NCBI GenBank assembly: GCA_039805545.1
Contig: JBDLUA010000024.1
Location: 1-56,803, forward strand
DNA length: 56,803 nucleotides
Source of the DNA: Candidatus Parcubacteria bacterium
GTDB taxonomy: Bacteria > Patescibacteriota > Minisyncoccia > Phycocordibacterales > JAACPR01
Direction of reading: 5' to 3'
The notes under the pieces were generated by a model, which saw only the letters and a program-made list of their open reading frames with translations, was not told the origin of the DNA and did no database searches. The position numbers and the translations under genes were made by a program. Shown piece by piece: positions 34,741-45,346 of the stretch (positions within the stretch are counted from its first letter, which is position 1; every line of letters begins with the position of its first letter).

Positions 34741-35647
34741 AATTTCCCCTAAAGCATTTTTTGAAGATAAAATTATTCCTATTGAAGAGGCAAACCTAAG
34801 TGTTGCGAGTTCGGCAGTATTGTACGGGCTGAGTGTATATACGGTTTTTCCTCTTGTGTATGTAGATGATTCTGTTTTTGCATTTAGACTTGAAGATCAC
34901 TTCAATAGACTTATTAATTCTGCAAAAATTATTGGGATAGATACATTTGAATCTAATTGGACTTTTGAAAAATTCAGAGAAGTTGTTTCTGAACTTGTAA
35001 GAGAAAATAAAATTACCAAGCATGTATTTGTTCGAGCAACAGTGCATGTTTCTGAATTAGTTGCAGGGACAAAGTCTCGAGGATTAAAAACCATTCTCAG
35101 TATTTTTATATATGATGCAAATCCAATTATCCCACAGGGGGGTGCAAGACTTAAGACGAGTGTATGGAGGAGGGTTCCCGATTACGCAATTCCATCCAGG
35201 GCAAAAGTAAATGGTGCATATGTAAACTCTGTACTAGGGAAGCAAGATGCTATTGATAGCGGGTATGATGATTGTTTGTTTCTTGATGCAGAAGGACATG
35301 TGTGTGAATTGAGTGCTGCAAATATTTTTATAGTTCGAAATGGGGTACTTGTCACTCCGCCGTCATCAAACGATATCCTTGAAGGAATTAATCGAAAAAC
35401 TATTCTTGAAATTGCAAAACAAAATAATATTGAAGTGCAAGAAAGAACAATTGATCTCACTGAACTCTATGTGGCTGATGAAGTATTCGCTTGTGGAACA
35501 TCTTCGTATGTTGCTCCTGTTGTTGAAATTGATGCACGAAAGATTGGAAGGGGAGAAAATACTGTGACTAAATTCTTAAAAGAAAAATACGAAGAATTGT
35601 TTGAGGGTGGTGGGAGATTTAAAGAATTGTTTATGAAGTTAGATTAG
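34733..35647 (+). CDS. class IV aminotransferase (branched-chain or D-amino-acid type)
   Basis: YGLSVYTVF, SRAKVNGAYVNSVL, ELSAANIFIV and ILEGINRKTI motifs. Confidence 0.85.
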   Translation: MSRISPKAFFEDKIIPIEEANLSVASSAVLYGLSVYTVFPLVYVDDSVFAFRLEDHFNRLINSAKIIGIDTFESNWTFEKFREVVSELVRENKITKHVFVRATVHVSELVAGTKSRGLKTILSIFIYDANPIIPQGGARLKTSVWRRVPDYAIPSRAKVNGAYVNSVLGKQDAIDSGYDDCLFLDAEGHVCELSAANIFIVRNGVLVTPPSSNDILEGINRKTILEIAKQNNIEVQERTIDLTELYVADEVFACGTSSYVAPVVEIDARKIGRGENTVTKFLKEKYEELFEGGGRFKELFMKLD

Positions 35648-35668
35648 TTCTGATATACTGTCTCAATC

Positions 35669-36076
35669 ATGCAAAACGATAAGATTGGAATATATAAATT
35701 GAAAGTAAAGCGAGCACACAAGGGGGCGGGATGTGGATTGTTTGCTGAACAAGATATCCCTAAAGGGAAATTTATTATTGAGTATTTTGGAAGAGAGATA
35801 AGTGAAGCAGAACAATATACAAGCAAGAGTAAATATTTATTTGAGATTACTTCCAAAAAAACAATCGACGGAACTATTAGAGAAAATACTGCAAGGTACA
35901 TAAATCACTCTTGTAGACCTAATTGCGAAGCTGAAATAAAAAAAGGACGAGTGTTTATTTTTTCGAAAAGAAACATCAAAGCAGGTGAAGAACTTTCATA
36001 TGATTACGGGAAAGAGTTTTGGAACGAACATATTAAACCTATTGGGTGTAAGTGTCTTAAGTGCCTCGCTAAATAA
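35669..36076 (+). CDS. SET-domain protein (lysine methyltransferase fold)
   Basis: RYINHSCRPNCEA and ELSYDYG motifs, plus the post-SET Cys cluster CKCLKC. Confidence 0.85.
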   Translation: MQNDKIGIYKLKVKRAHKGAGCGLFAEQDIPKGKFIIEYFGREISEAEQYTSKSKYLFEITSKKTIDGTIRENTARYINHSCRPNCEAEIKKGRVFIFSKRNIKAGEELSYDYGKEFWNEHIKPIGCKCLKCLAK

Positions 36077-36145
36077 TGGTGATAACTTTCACAAAATAGC
36101 ATAAAATAATTTATAATAGAGGTATTAGAAGTTAATTGCTTTAAT

Positions 36146-37306
36146 ATGAAGGTATTTTCATTTATTTTTTCTGTGTTATTCGGAGTAATGTTGTTTTCTT
36201 TTACTGTAGCAAATGCTGCAACAACAACATGTTCATTTACACGAGACCTTGAGCTTGGTTCAACAGGTGAAGATGTTCGATGTCTTCAAAAGTATCTCAA
36301 TGGAAATGGATTCAAGATTGCTTCAACTGGAGTCGGTGCTCCCGGAAGTGAAACAAATCTTCTGCGAGATTTGACCAAACAAGCAATTATAAAATGGCAA
36401 GTTGCAAATGGAATTTCTCCTGCAACTGGAACATTCGGTTCAAAATCTCGTGCAAAATATAGTGAGTTAATGAATAAAACAACACAAACCCCTTCATCAG
36501 TAGTTGCGAACACTCCTGCTTCTAGTGTTGCAAATATAAATTCTCCTGTAAGCTCTATTTCAACTACAAAACAAAAAGAAGCTGAAAATTTAATAAAAAA
36601 AGCAATTGATGCAGTAGAAGATGCGGATGATCAAATTGATGATGCTCGAGATGATGGAGTTGATATAGATGCTGCGGATGAGAGTTTGGATGATGCTCGT
36701 TCAGATTTGTTTGAAGCAGTAGACTCATATTTTTCTCGTAATTATGATAAGGCAATCGAACATGCAGATGACGCGTATGATAATGCGCAAGATGCATATG
36801 AAGATGCGGGTGGAGAGACTGATGAAGATGAAGCAGATAATGCAATTGATGAGGCTGATGACGCAATTGCGGATGCAGAAGATAAAATAGATGCAGCTGA
36901 TGATAAGGATAAAGATGTAGAGGAAGCAGAAGATATTCTCAAAGAAGCACAAGAAAAACTAGATGATGCAAATGATGCATATGATGACGAAGATTTTGAA
37001 GAAGCAATTAAATTAGCCGAAGATGCAGAAGATCTCGCTGATGATGCAGTGGATGCAATTGGAGAAAATAGTGATAAAGATGATGCACAAGAAGCTATGG
37101 ATGACGCAGAAGAAGCTATCGCAGACGCAGAGGATGAGATTGATGATGCAGATGGAAGTACTACAAACGCTAAAAAGTATTTGAAAAAAGCAGAAACAGC
37201 TCTTAATAATGCAGAGGATTCGTATGATGACAAGGAGTACGAAGATGCTAAGGAGTATGCAGAAGATGCAGAATCCTATGCACAAGACGCAGTTGATGCA
37301 TTATAA
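36146..37306 (+). CDS. secreted peptidoglycan-binding-domain protein with a long D/E/A-rich acidic repeat region
   Basis: Signal peptide. PG_binding_1-like GSTGEDVRCLQKYLNGNGF...IKWQ. About 250 aa of DDAxD-type low-complexity sequence. Confidence 0.7.
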   Translation: MKVFSFIFSVLFGVMLFSFTVANAATTTCSFTRDLELGSTGEDVRCLQKYLNGNGFKIASTGVGAPGSETNLLRDLTKQAIIKWQVANGISPATGTFGSKSRAKYSELMNKTTQTPSSVVANTPASSVANINSPVSSISTTKQKEAENLIKKAIDAVEDADDQIDDARDDGVDIDAADESLDDARSDLFEAVDSYFSRNYDKAIEHADDAYDNAQDAYEDAGGETDEDEADNAIDEADDAIADAEDKIDAADDKDKDVEEAEDILKEAQEKLDDANDAYDDEDFEEAIKLAEDAEDLADDAVDAIGENSDKDDAQEAMDDAEEAIADAEDEIDDADGSTTNAKKYLKKAETALNNAEDSYDDKEYEDAKEYAEDAESYAQDAVDAL

Positions 37307-37313
37307 AGAGTAA

Positions 37314-37350
37314 GTGGAAAAAGGTGGCCCAAAGGGCCACCTTTTTCCAC
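37314..37350. terminator. 17-bp perfect hairpin terminator
   Basis: gtggaaaaaggtggccc-aaa-gggccacctttttccac. Confidence 0.7.
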
Positions 37351-37398
37351 TTCGTTTAAGTGATTAGATAAGATTTTTGTGCTAAAATCTATATAGTT

Positions 37399-38208
37399 AT
37401 GGTAAAGAAAAAACTATCTAAATCACACTCTCTATTTCAAAAAGGCATACTTTCAAAACTTCACATAGAAGTTATTCGAACAAGTGTAATTGTTCTTGTC
37501 GTACTTGGTCTCACATGGGGTATTGCAAAAGCAACCGAAAATGAACTCGAATCCGCAACAAACAATTTCAGCGTTATTGGTACCGTTTCTTCTATTTCAG
37601 ATGAAACAATATCTCTTATGAATGCACGAGGTTCTGATACACAAACAGAAGAACTTTATAATTTGAGTATTAAATATCTTGATCGAATAGAAACAAAAGA
37701 CTACACACTCTTAATTATTTCAGATATTAATCCTGGAGACACTATCATTGCTCAGGGTCTCACAGATGGAAACAAATTCTTTATCAAACGAATCATTTCA
37801 TTTAACTCAACACCACTTCCTACACAAGATGAAACAGCAACCACTACCCCTGAATCAATTGCAACCTCAACACAAGACATCGCAACAACTACAGACCAAG
37901 TACAACCCGAAGATTCAGATAATACACAATCAGATACGGATAATTCATCAATACAAGATGAAACAGCAACCACTACCCCTGAATCAATTGCAACCTCAAC
38001 ACAAGACATCGCAACAACTACAGATGAAGAAATATCAACTTCAACAGAAGAGATTGCTTCAAGTACAACAGAAGTGATCATTGATACCATAACAGACATT
38101 ATTGAAGATGGTCTGGATACTGTTTCTGAAGTAGTGGACACGATTGTGGATACTGTTATATCTCAACAAGAGATTGAAGTTCCTGCAGAGTCACCACCAC
38201 AAGAATAA
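37399..38208 (+). CDS. membrane-anchored T/S/E-rich protein, unknown function
   Basis: 269 aa with an N-terminal TM. The C-terminal half is low complexity and contains a duplicated 24-aa block. Confidence 0.55.
   Translation: MVKKKLSKSHSLFQKGILSKLHIEVIRTSVIVLVVLGLTWGIAKATENELESATNNFSVIGTVSSISDETISLMNARGSDTQTEELYNLSIKYLDRIETKDYTLLIISDINPGDTIIAQGLTDGNKFFIKRIISFNSTPLPTQDETATTTPESIATSTQDIATTTDQVQPEDSDNTQSDTDNSSIQDETATTTPESIATSTQDIATTTDEEISTSTEEIASSTTEVIIDTITDIIEDGLDTVSEVVDTIVDTVISQQEIEVPAESPPQE
37824..38024 (+). repeat. two perfect 72-bp direct repeats (37824-37895 and 37953-38024) inside the CDS
   Basis: acaagatgaaacagcaaccactacccctgaatcaattgcaacctcaacacaagacatcgcaacaactacaga occurs twice. Confidence 0.85.
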
Positions 38209-38213
38209 ATCTT

Positions 38214-41200
38214 ATGCGCAACACTTATATTAAAAAAATAATATTCTCACTTGGAATATTTTTTGCTTTTTCTTTTGCACTAAAAGCCGACGCAGCAGTA
38301 CTTCTTCCTGGAAACATTTCTTCTTGTGGTGAACTCGCAGCCCCAGGTACATACACCCTCACACAAAACGTATCGGGCGGAACAGATACCTGCTTTACCA
38401 TTTCATCAGACAACGTAGTACTTAATGGAGGAGGATTCACAATATCAGGATCAGGAGCTGTTGCGATTGATGCTCGTGCTCGAACAGGTGGTCCATCAGG
38501 TTCTCTCGCAGAAGGTGCACATGCATATACAAACCTTGTTCTTAATGATCTAAACATTTCAGGATACACTACCGGATTAAACATTTCAGGAAACGCAGAC
38601 ACAACAGGAAGTGGTCAAAATAACGGAAACGGAGGAGATGCAGGAGATGTCGCAATCTTTTATTCATACATTGGTTCTATTATTGCAGATGGAGGACAAA
38701 CAACAGCAGAGTCTTATGGAGGAGTTGGAGGAAACATTGCCTTCACTGATACAAATCTAAATATTGCATCATCAACACTTTCTGCAAAAGGAGGAGTGGG
38801 AACATCAGGTAATAGAGGAAGTGATGGGGGACTTGATTTAAATTATTCAGGTACCCTTACAAGAACAAACCTAACTTTGTCTGCACTTGCGTATTTGAAT
38901 GATAATACAACAGAGTATACTTCATATGTTGGAGGAACATGGCCTATTACAAATACTTCACTTTCAACGTGTGGAACTCTCTATGCAACAACCACTACCA
39001 CCTTTACTCTTACACAAGATCTCACTTCATCAGGTACTTGTTTTTATATAAATGGAGATAACATAACAATAGACGGAGCAGGATATACCATCACTCACAC
39101 TTCATCCTCAACAGATTTTGCGGTACAGGCGACAGAAAATAATTACAGTACATTTACTGTCAAGGATCTTGATTTTGTAGAGTATGCTAATACTATAAAT
39201 TCTGATCCATCATTGGTATTGCGATTTAATAGTACTTTAGATCTTTCAGAAGAACACATCGAAGCAAGTACACTTATTGTAGAATCATTAGGATCTTTAA
39301 TATATACAGATGCCTCAGTCGCAATATCTACTGAGTTAACAATAAATAATTATGAGATTGGACCTTATACTGGAAATCTTAGTTTGTTATACAATACAGG
39401 GATATGGACCGAACAGACTGACTCAAGTACCGCACAATGGTCTTCAATCACCTCATCAGCCGATGGAACCAAACTTGCGGCAGTTTTGGCTGGCGGATAT
39501 ATCTATACTTCTACAGACTCTGGTATAACATGGACCCAACAGACAGGTGCAGGAATAGCAAATTGGAACTCAATCACCTCATCAGCAGATGGGACCAAAC
39601 TTGCGGCCACTAATGGCTCAGGTTATATATATACTTCAACTGATGGTGGTGTAACTTGGATTGAAAGAAAGTATATTGCTGGTGTAAATTGGACCACTAT
39701 TACATCATCAGCAGATGGGACCAAACTTGCGGCAGCGGCTCAATCTGGATACATCTACACTTCAACAGATGGAGGTTTAAATTGGGTAGCACAAACCAAT
39801 GCTGGTGGACAAAGTTGGACATCCATCACTTCATCAGCTGATGGAAATAAACTTGTAGTGGTTAGTTCAAGTGATTATACTCCTTTGGCTTCAACTGATG
39901 GTGGTGTGACGTGGACATCTTATCCTAATATAGGTGTTCAAGGAAATAATGTATCTATCACTTCATCAGCCGATGGGACCAAGCTTGCACTAGTTAGTGC
40001 TGGAGGATATATAAACATCTCAACAGATGGAGGTGCAAATTGGACAGAGCAGACGTCTGTAGGAGCAAAAAACTGGTCCTCCATCACCTCATCAGCAGAT
40101 GGAATGAAACTTGCAGCAGCTAATGGTTCAGGTTATATATATATCTCAACAGATGGAGGTACAACTTGGGCAGAGCAAACTTCTGCAGGGGCAAGAAGCT
40201 GGACTACCATCACTTCATCAGCCGATGGGACCAAGCTTGCTGCGTCTGGATTATACGAATACATCTATACTTTTTTCAGTTTACCACAACAAACAAATAT
40301 TATTCCAATATCCCCAATTGCATCCTCAACAGTAGCAACATGGAATCCTTTTGTTATTTGGTCAAATACAGCAGATTGCTATTATTCATATGACAATTGG
40401 GTATCAACAAGTACTGCAAACTGTGCACTTAAAGGTTCTGATATCTCTGCACCAATTTCAAACGGTGCTCAAACTCTCTATCTAAAAGCTTTTGGAAATG
40501 GAAATGTTACTGAAAAGATTTTAGAGTTTATCTCCTCTTATATACCTCAAGATACAGATATCGATATACAATCACCAGAATCAAATATCAGATACTTAAA
40601 TAGTAATTGGTCTCCCGTTGTCGACTATGACATTACTAACTTAAACACACTTACATATTGTGCATATTCATATGATAATTTCTCAACAGAGATAGAGGTT
40701 GATTGTTCTGAAGGTGGAACAGACATTCTTCCTCCAGAAACACAAGGAAATTCTACACTTTATATAAAAACTATTGATGATGACCTACAAGAAGATGTTA
40801 ATTCAATCTCTTTCATCTATGATTTTATTTGGGTTGTTCAAGAAAGCGGTAATTATTCAGGATATTGGAAAGCTATCACCTCATCAACCGATGGAATGAA
40901 TCTTGCAGCGTATAATGAGAATACTGGGTATATCTACACATCCACAGACGGAGGTGTGACATGGATCGAGCAAACTTCTGCAGGAGCAAGAAATTGGACC
41001 TCCATCACCTCGTCAGCCGATGGGACCAAGCTTGCGGCTGTGGCGCAATACGAATATGTATATACCTCGACAGACGGAGGTGTAACATGGACCGAACAAA
41101 CAAGTGCGGGTGCAAAAGAGTGGATGTCAATCATTTCATCAGCAGATGGAACCAAGCTTGCTGCAGCGGCTGCTGTTGACAAGATATACACCTCAGCAGA

Positions 41201-44200
41201 CGGAGGTGTAACGTGGACCGAACAAAATATTATTTCTTGTGGTTGGTCTTCTATCACCTCATCAGCCGATGGGACCAAGCTTGCTGCGGCATGTGATCAA
41301 GGTGGTGAAGGAATTATATATACCTCAACAGATAGTGGTGTGACATGGACAGAGCAGTCAAGTGCAGGTTTCAGAAGTTGGCGTGATATCACCTCATCCG
41401 CAGATGGAATGAAACTTGCCGCAGTTGATGGAAGTTATGGATATGTCTATACCTCGACAGACGGAGGCGTGACATGGACTGAACGTGGTAGTTCTGGTGC
41501 ACGAATTTGGACCTCCATCACCTCATCAGCAGATGGAATGAAACTTGCCGCAGTTGATGGTAATTATGGGTATGTCTACACCTCAGCAGACGGAGGTGTG
41601 ACATGGACAGAACAAACAAGTGCAGGAGCAAAATCCTGGAACTCGATTGCCTCATCAGCAGACGGAATGAATCTTGCAGTAACCTATAGTGATAGTGGGT
41701 ATGTGTATACACTTAGAAAATCTCAAGATGTAATTGATATATCTATTACTTCACCTATTGCTAATTTATTAATTGATGGAGGTTCTTGGGCTCCTGAAGT
41801 AAATTGGTCTCTTGCTACAAATTGTTATTATTCGTACGACAACTTTACATCAACAAGTACTGCAAACTGTGCACTTGATGGATCTGATATAGATCCTCCT
41901 AATACAGAAGGAGAACAAACATTATCAATACGAGCTATTTCATATAATGGAACAATAGGTAATGCAAGTGTTACTTTTACATATGGTAGTTGGACCGAGC
42001 AAATAGGAGCAGGAGAAGGAAATTGGACCTCCATCACCTCATCAGCCGATGGGACCAAGCTTGCTGCTACTAATAACGGAGGGTATATCTATACTTCAAC
42101 AGACGGAGGTGTGACATGGACAGAGCAGACTGGTGCATCTTCGAGAAGTTGGACATCTATCACCTCATCAGCCGATGGGACCAAGCTTGCTGCTACTGAA
42201 GTTGGAGGATTTATTTTTACCTCAATAGATAGCGGTGTGACATGGACAGAGCAAATGGGTAGTGGAGCAGGAAACTGGATCTCTATCACCTCATCCGCAG
42301 ATGGAACCAAGCTTGCTGCTGGTGTAATTGGTGATTATATCTACACCTCAACAGACGGAGGTGTAACATGGACAGGGCAGACCAGTATCGGACAAGGTGG
42401 TTGGAATTCAATTGATTCATCAGCCGATGGAATGAGCCTCATTACTACAAATTATTATTCTGGGTATATCTACACTTCAACAGATGGAGGTGTGACTTGG
42501 ACCGAACAGACAGATGCAGGCGCACGTGCTTGGACTTCTGTAACCTCGTCAGCCGATGGAACAAAATTTACTGCGGTTGCACAAGGTGAATATATCTATA
42601 CCTCAACAGACGGAGGTATAACCTGGATAGAAAGAACTTCTGCTGGAGCAAGAAATTGGACCTCCATCACCTCATCAGCCGATGGAACAAAGCTTACTGC
42701 TATTGCAAATGGAGATTATGTCTACACCTCAACAGATGGAGGTGTGACTTGGACCGAACAGACAAGCGCAGGTGCACGAGGTTGGACTTCTGTAACAACC
42801 TCTGCATATGGAGATAAAATTGCTGTAGTTGGAGAAATTACATACATATATACAAAATCAATAACAAATAGTTATTCTGTGTCTGTATATATGAATCAGT
42901 CCATTTCAACTTGGAATCCATATGTACTCTGGGATTCTTCTGAGACATGTTTTTATTCATATGATAATTTCTCAACTCAGACTGAGGTTGATTGTTCTCA
43001 ATATGGTTTTGATATTTTGTTGCCTAATCAAGCAGGAGAGTCAACACTCTATGTTAAAGGTATAGACTCACAAGATACTATTTCAATTGCATCATCAACT
43101 TTTTCAATACAAGGACAATATTTCTGCGGTACATCAGACAATGATTGGGCCAATCTTTCAAATTGGTATGATGATGACTCATGTACTATACAAAGTGCAT
43201 CTGTGCCAACATCTCAAACACCTATTGTTGAACTCAAAGGAACTGTATCACCAATCATAGAATCAGGTGATGCACTTCCAAGACTTATCAACTCTACTGG
43301 TCTCACGGGCCCTGCTTCAACTACCGGAATTATTTTCTCTGGATCTTCAATAAATACTTCAAAAATAGTTGGAAACGTAACTTTCCAAGATACTTCATAT
43401 AACACCGGAACTATTACGGGTAATGTAATATACGAAGAAGCAATAGGTGGCACATTTACACTTTCGAACTCTATGAAGTGGGGAGCAGGTACAATCGGAG
43501 GAACTATTACAGGAGGTGATTCAAATCCAATCACACATCTCATATTTAATGATTCAAGTTCAAACGAAGGAACATTCTCAGGTACAGCAACATTTAATGA
43601 ACTTTCTTCAAACAATGGTTCAATTACAGGAAATGTGACTTTCAATGGAACAACATTTAGATTAGGAACAGTAAATGGTACTGCAACATTAAACGGATTT
43701 GCACAAATAATTCAAGGGGTTAACAGTGTTGTGAACTTATTTAAGCAACTCACCACATCAAAAGATACGATCTATCTTCAAGCAGGAAGCACACTTAATG
43801 TGTCAGGACTCTTTACACTTCTTGGATATAATCAAAACAACCTCCTTACAGTGCGTTCAACAACACCTGGAACATATGCAAACATTGGAATCAATGGTAC
43901 GGCAGATATGAACTTCCTCCGACTACGAGATATTAGAAATACAGGAAGTGTATTAGATCTTTCTTCTCAAACTGTATTTAATGATGGACATAATTCAGGT
44001 TTCACATTCCCTTCAAATTCATCTTCAGGAAACCGTGGTGGTATTACAGGAAACTACACAGCACCAGCTCTACCGCCTTCACGAGGAGGTAGTACTGGCG
44101 GCAACACGGGTGGGGGCGATACAGGAGGAGGTGATACAGGTGGTGGAAATTCAGGAGGCGGTCTTCTTAGAAATATTGTACGAGGGTCTATTAAACCTCT

Positions 44201-44888
44201 TAATCTAACACCACTTCAAGATTTCAATCCTCTTAACCCAAATTTCAGTACAAAGAATATTGGAGCAACAATAATTCCGAATCCATTGCAAGGCCTCAAA
44301 GCACCAGGACTCATCAACCTAGTTCAATTACCAACACAATTCCTTACAAACATTTCAAAATTCCTATTTGCACCAATTCCAAAAACTATTGATGATGCTT
44401 TATCTTCAACGCCAAAGTTAGCTGCATATATAACATCAGCAGGTGTTTCGAGAGAGCAAGATCTTGCAATGCTTGCTACAAATCCAGTGCTTCTTAAAAA
44501 CCCATTGTCTGACGAATCAACACCACCAGGCCTCTTTATCATCTATTCAGGCGAGACACAATTAAACTCATATGCAACTTATGATAAATCTGCAGGTGGA
44601 CTTGCACAATTAGTTAAGGTTTCTCCAAATCAATCTCTAAGAATAAACCTTGTACCGCAATCAACAGGAGCAGTATCTGCAACCTATCTTGGGCAAAATA
44701 TACAATTCAATCAAGGACAATTATTTGCAACAACATACATCCAAACTCCTTCAACTGGAGGAAGATATATTCTTAAATCCCCATCTTCTCCTGTGCCACT
44801 TCTTGTTGAGGTGGTAGAACCAATGAAGGTTGAGGAGGTGAAGAAAGAAAATATCTTTATAAAATTCTGGAAGTGGTTAACAAGTTAA
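38214..44888 (+). CDS. giant (2224 aa) surface protein: beta-helix-like N-terminus, three arrays of Asp-box/BNR propeller repeats, Gly-rich linker and C-terminal domain
   Basis: Signal/TM anchor. About 30 copies of the ~40-aa unit W.SITSSADGTKLAA....YIYTSTDGGVTWTEQT (SxDxGxTW Asp-box). Spacer modules with YSYDNF..C motifs. GGDTGGGDTGGGNSGGG tract. Confidence 0.85.
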   Translation: MRNTYIKKIIFSLGIFFAFSFALKADAAVLLPGNISSCGELAAPGTYTLTQNVSGGTDTCFTISSDNVVLNGGGFTISGSGAVAIDARARTGGPSGSLAEGAHAYTNLVLNDLNISGYTTGLNISGNADTTGSGQNNGNGGDAGDVAIFYSYIGSIIADGGQTTAESYGGVGGNIAFTDTNLNIASSTLSAKGGVGTSGNRGSDGGLDLNYSGTLTRTNLTLSALAYLNDNTTEYTSYVGGTWPITNTSLSTCGTLYATTTTTFTLTQDLTSSGTCFYINGDNITIDGAGYTITHTSSSTDFAVQATENNYSTFTVKDLDFVEYANTINSDPSLVLRFNSTLDLSEEHIEASTLIVESLGSLIYTDASVAISTELTINNYEIGPYTGNLSLLYNTGIWTEQTDSSTAQWSSITSSADGTKLAAVLAGGYIYTSTDSGITWTQQTGAGIANWNSITSSADGTKLAATNGSGYIYTSTDGGVTWIERKYIAGVNWTTITSSADGTKLAAAAQSGYIYTSTDGGLNWVAQTNAGGQSWTSITSSADGNKLVVVSSSDYTPLASTDGGVTWTSYPNIGVQGNNVSITSSADGTKLALVSAGGYINISTDGGANWTEQTSVGAKNWSSITSSADGMKLAAANGSGYIYISTDGGTTWAEQTSAGARSWTTITSSADGTKLAASGLYEYIYTFFSLPQQTNIIPISPIASSTVATWNPFVIWSNTADCYYSYDNWVSTSTANCALKGSDISAPISNGAQTLYLKAFGNGNVTEKILEFISSYIPQDTDIDIQSPESNIRYLNSNWSPVVDYDITNLNTLTYCAYSYDNFSTEIEVDCSEGGTDILPPETQGNSTLYIKTIDDDLQEDVNSISFIYDFIWVVQESGNYSGYWKAITSSTDGMNLAAYNENTGYIYTSTDGGVTWIEQTSAGARNWTSITSSADGTKLAAVAQYEYVYTSTDGGVTWTEQTSAGAKEWMSIISSADGTKLAAAAAVDKIYTSADGGVTWTEQNIISCGWSSITSSADGTKLAAACDQGGEGIIYTSTDSGVTWTEQSSAGFRSWRDITSSADGMKLAAVDGSYGYVYTSTDGGVTWTERGSSGARIWTSITSSADGMKLAAVDGNYGYVYTSADGGVTWTEQTSAGAKSWNSIASSADGMNLAVTYSDSGYVYTLRKSQDVIDISITSPIANLLIDGGSWAPEVNWSLATNCYYSYDNFTSTSTANCALDGSDIDPPNTEGEQTLSIRAISYNGTIGNASVTFTYGSWTEQIGAGEGNWTSITSSADGTKLAATNNGGYIYTSTDGGVTWTEQTGASSRSWTSITSSADGTKLAATEVGGFIFTSIDSGVTWTEQMGSGAGNWISITSSADGTKLAAGVIGDYIYTSTDGGVTWTGQTSIGQGGWNSIDSSADGMSLITTNYYSGYIYTSTDGGVTWTEQTDAGARAWTSVTSSADGTKFTAVAQGEYIYTSTDGGITWIERTSAGARNWTSITSSADGTKLTAIANGDYVYTSTDGGVTWTEQTSAGARGWTSVTTSAYGDKIAVVGEITYIYTKSITNSYSVSVYMNQSISTWNPYVLWDSSETCFYSYDNFSTQTEVDCSQYGFDILLPNQAGESTLYVKGIDSQDTISIASSTFSIQGQYFCGTSDNDWANLSNWYDDDSCTIQSASVPTSQTPIVELKGTVSPIIESGDALPRLINSTGLTGPASTTGIIFSGSSINTSKIVGNVTFQDTSYNTGTITGNVIYEEAIGGTFTLSNSMKWGAGTIGGTITGGDSNPITHLIFNDSSSNEGTFSGTATFNELSSNNGSITGNVTFNGTTFRLGTVNGTATLNGFAQIIQGVNSVVNLFKQLTTSKDTIYLQAGSTLNVSGLFTLLGYNQNNLLTVRSTTPGTYANIGINGTADMNFLRLRDIRNTGSVLDLSSQTVFNDGHNSGFTFPSNSSSGNRGGITGNYTAPALPPSRGGSTGGNTGGGDTGGGDTGGGNSGGGLLRNIVRGSIKPLNLTPLQDFNPLNPNFSTKNIGATIIPNPLQGLKAPGLINLVQLPTQFLTNISKFLFAPIPKTIDDALSSTPKLAAYITSAGVSREQDLAMLATNPVLLKNPLSDESTPPGLFIIYSGETQLNSYATYDKSAGGLAQLVKVSPNQSLRINLVPQSTGAVSATYLGQNIQFNQGQLFATTYIQTPSTGGRYILKSPSSPVPLLVEVVEPMKVEEVKKENIFIKFWKWLTS

Positions 44889-44949
44889 CTTTCCATTATA
44901 TATAAACGATATATAATATATTTATAAACATTAATAATTTTTAAACATT

Positions 44950-45327
44950 ATGCAAACAGGGATTTTTGATAGAACACGTATCGTAGCCAATATACTTATG
45001 TTATTGCTTGTGGGACTTAATATTTTCTTCAGTATTCAATATACAGAAAATATAAAAACACAAAGTGCAAAAGAAGAAGAAGAACTCGCAAAAACAGAAG
45101 AACGATTAAAAACATCAAGATTTATGAAATTCTTTATTGATAAAGTTCTTGGAACAAGTGGAACAATATCATTTGAAGACAGAGTAAAGCTCGAGTCAGA
45201 TATTAGAGGGTTGGGAGATCAAACAATTATTGCACAATGGGAGACATTTGTTGCATCAAAGGATTCAGAAACCGCTCAAGAATCAGCTGTTAAGTTGATG
45301 AGTATGCTTGCGAGCAAGATGATTTAA
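44950..45327 (+). CDS. small membrane-anchored protein, unknown
   Basis: 125 aa with one N-terminal TM. Confidence 0.45.
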   Translation: MQTGIFDRTRIVANILMLLLVGLNIFFSIQYTENIKTQSAKEEEELAKTEERLKTSRFMKFFIDKVLGTSGTISFEDRVKLESDIRGLGDQTIIAQWETFVASKDSETAQESAVKLMSMLASKMI

Positions 45328-45346
45328 AAAAAATAATTTCAAATGT

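Noticed and set aside
36286-37285. Antisense and alternative-frame ORFs (36286-36513, 36564-36866, 36725-36952, 36742-37233, 37013-37285) within the acidic-repeat gene
   Set aside because: They are low-complexity artefacts of the GAT/GAA/GCA-rich repeat. The sense frame has a signal peptide and a PG-binding domain, and it explains the region.
38225-43645. CRISPR array or non-coding tandem repeats in the 39.4-42.9 kb region
   Set aside because: The ~120-bp repeats are in-frame coding units (Asp-box propeller blades) of one long ORF. There is no spacer/repeat architecture and there are no cas genes. The antisense track ORFs here are by-products.
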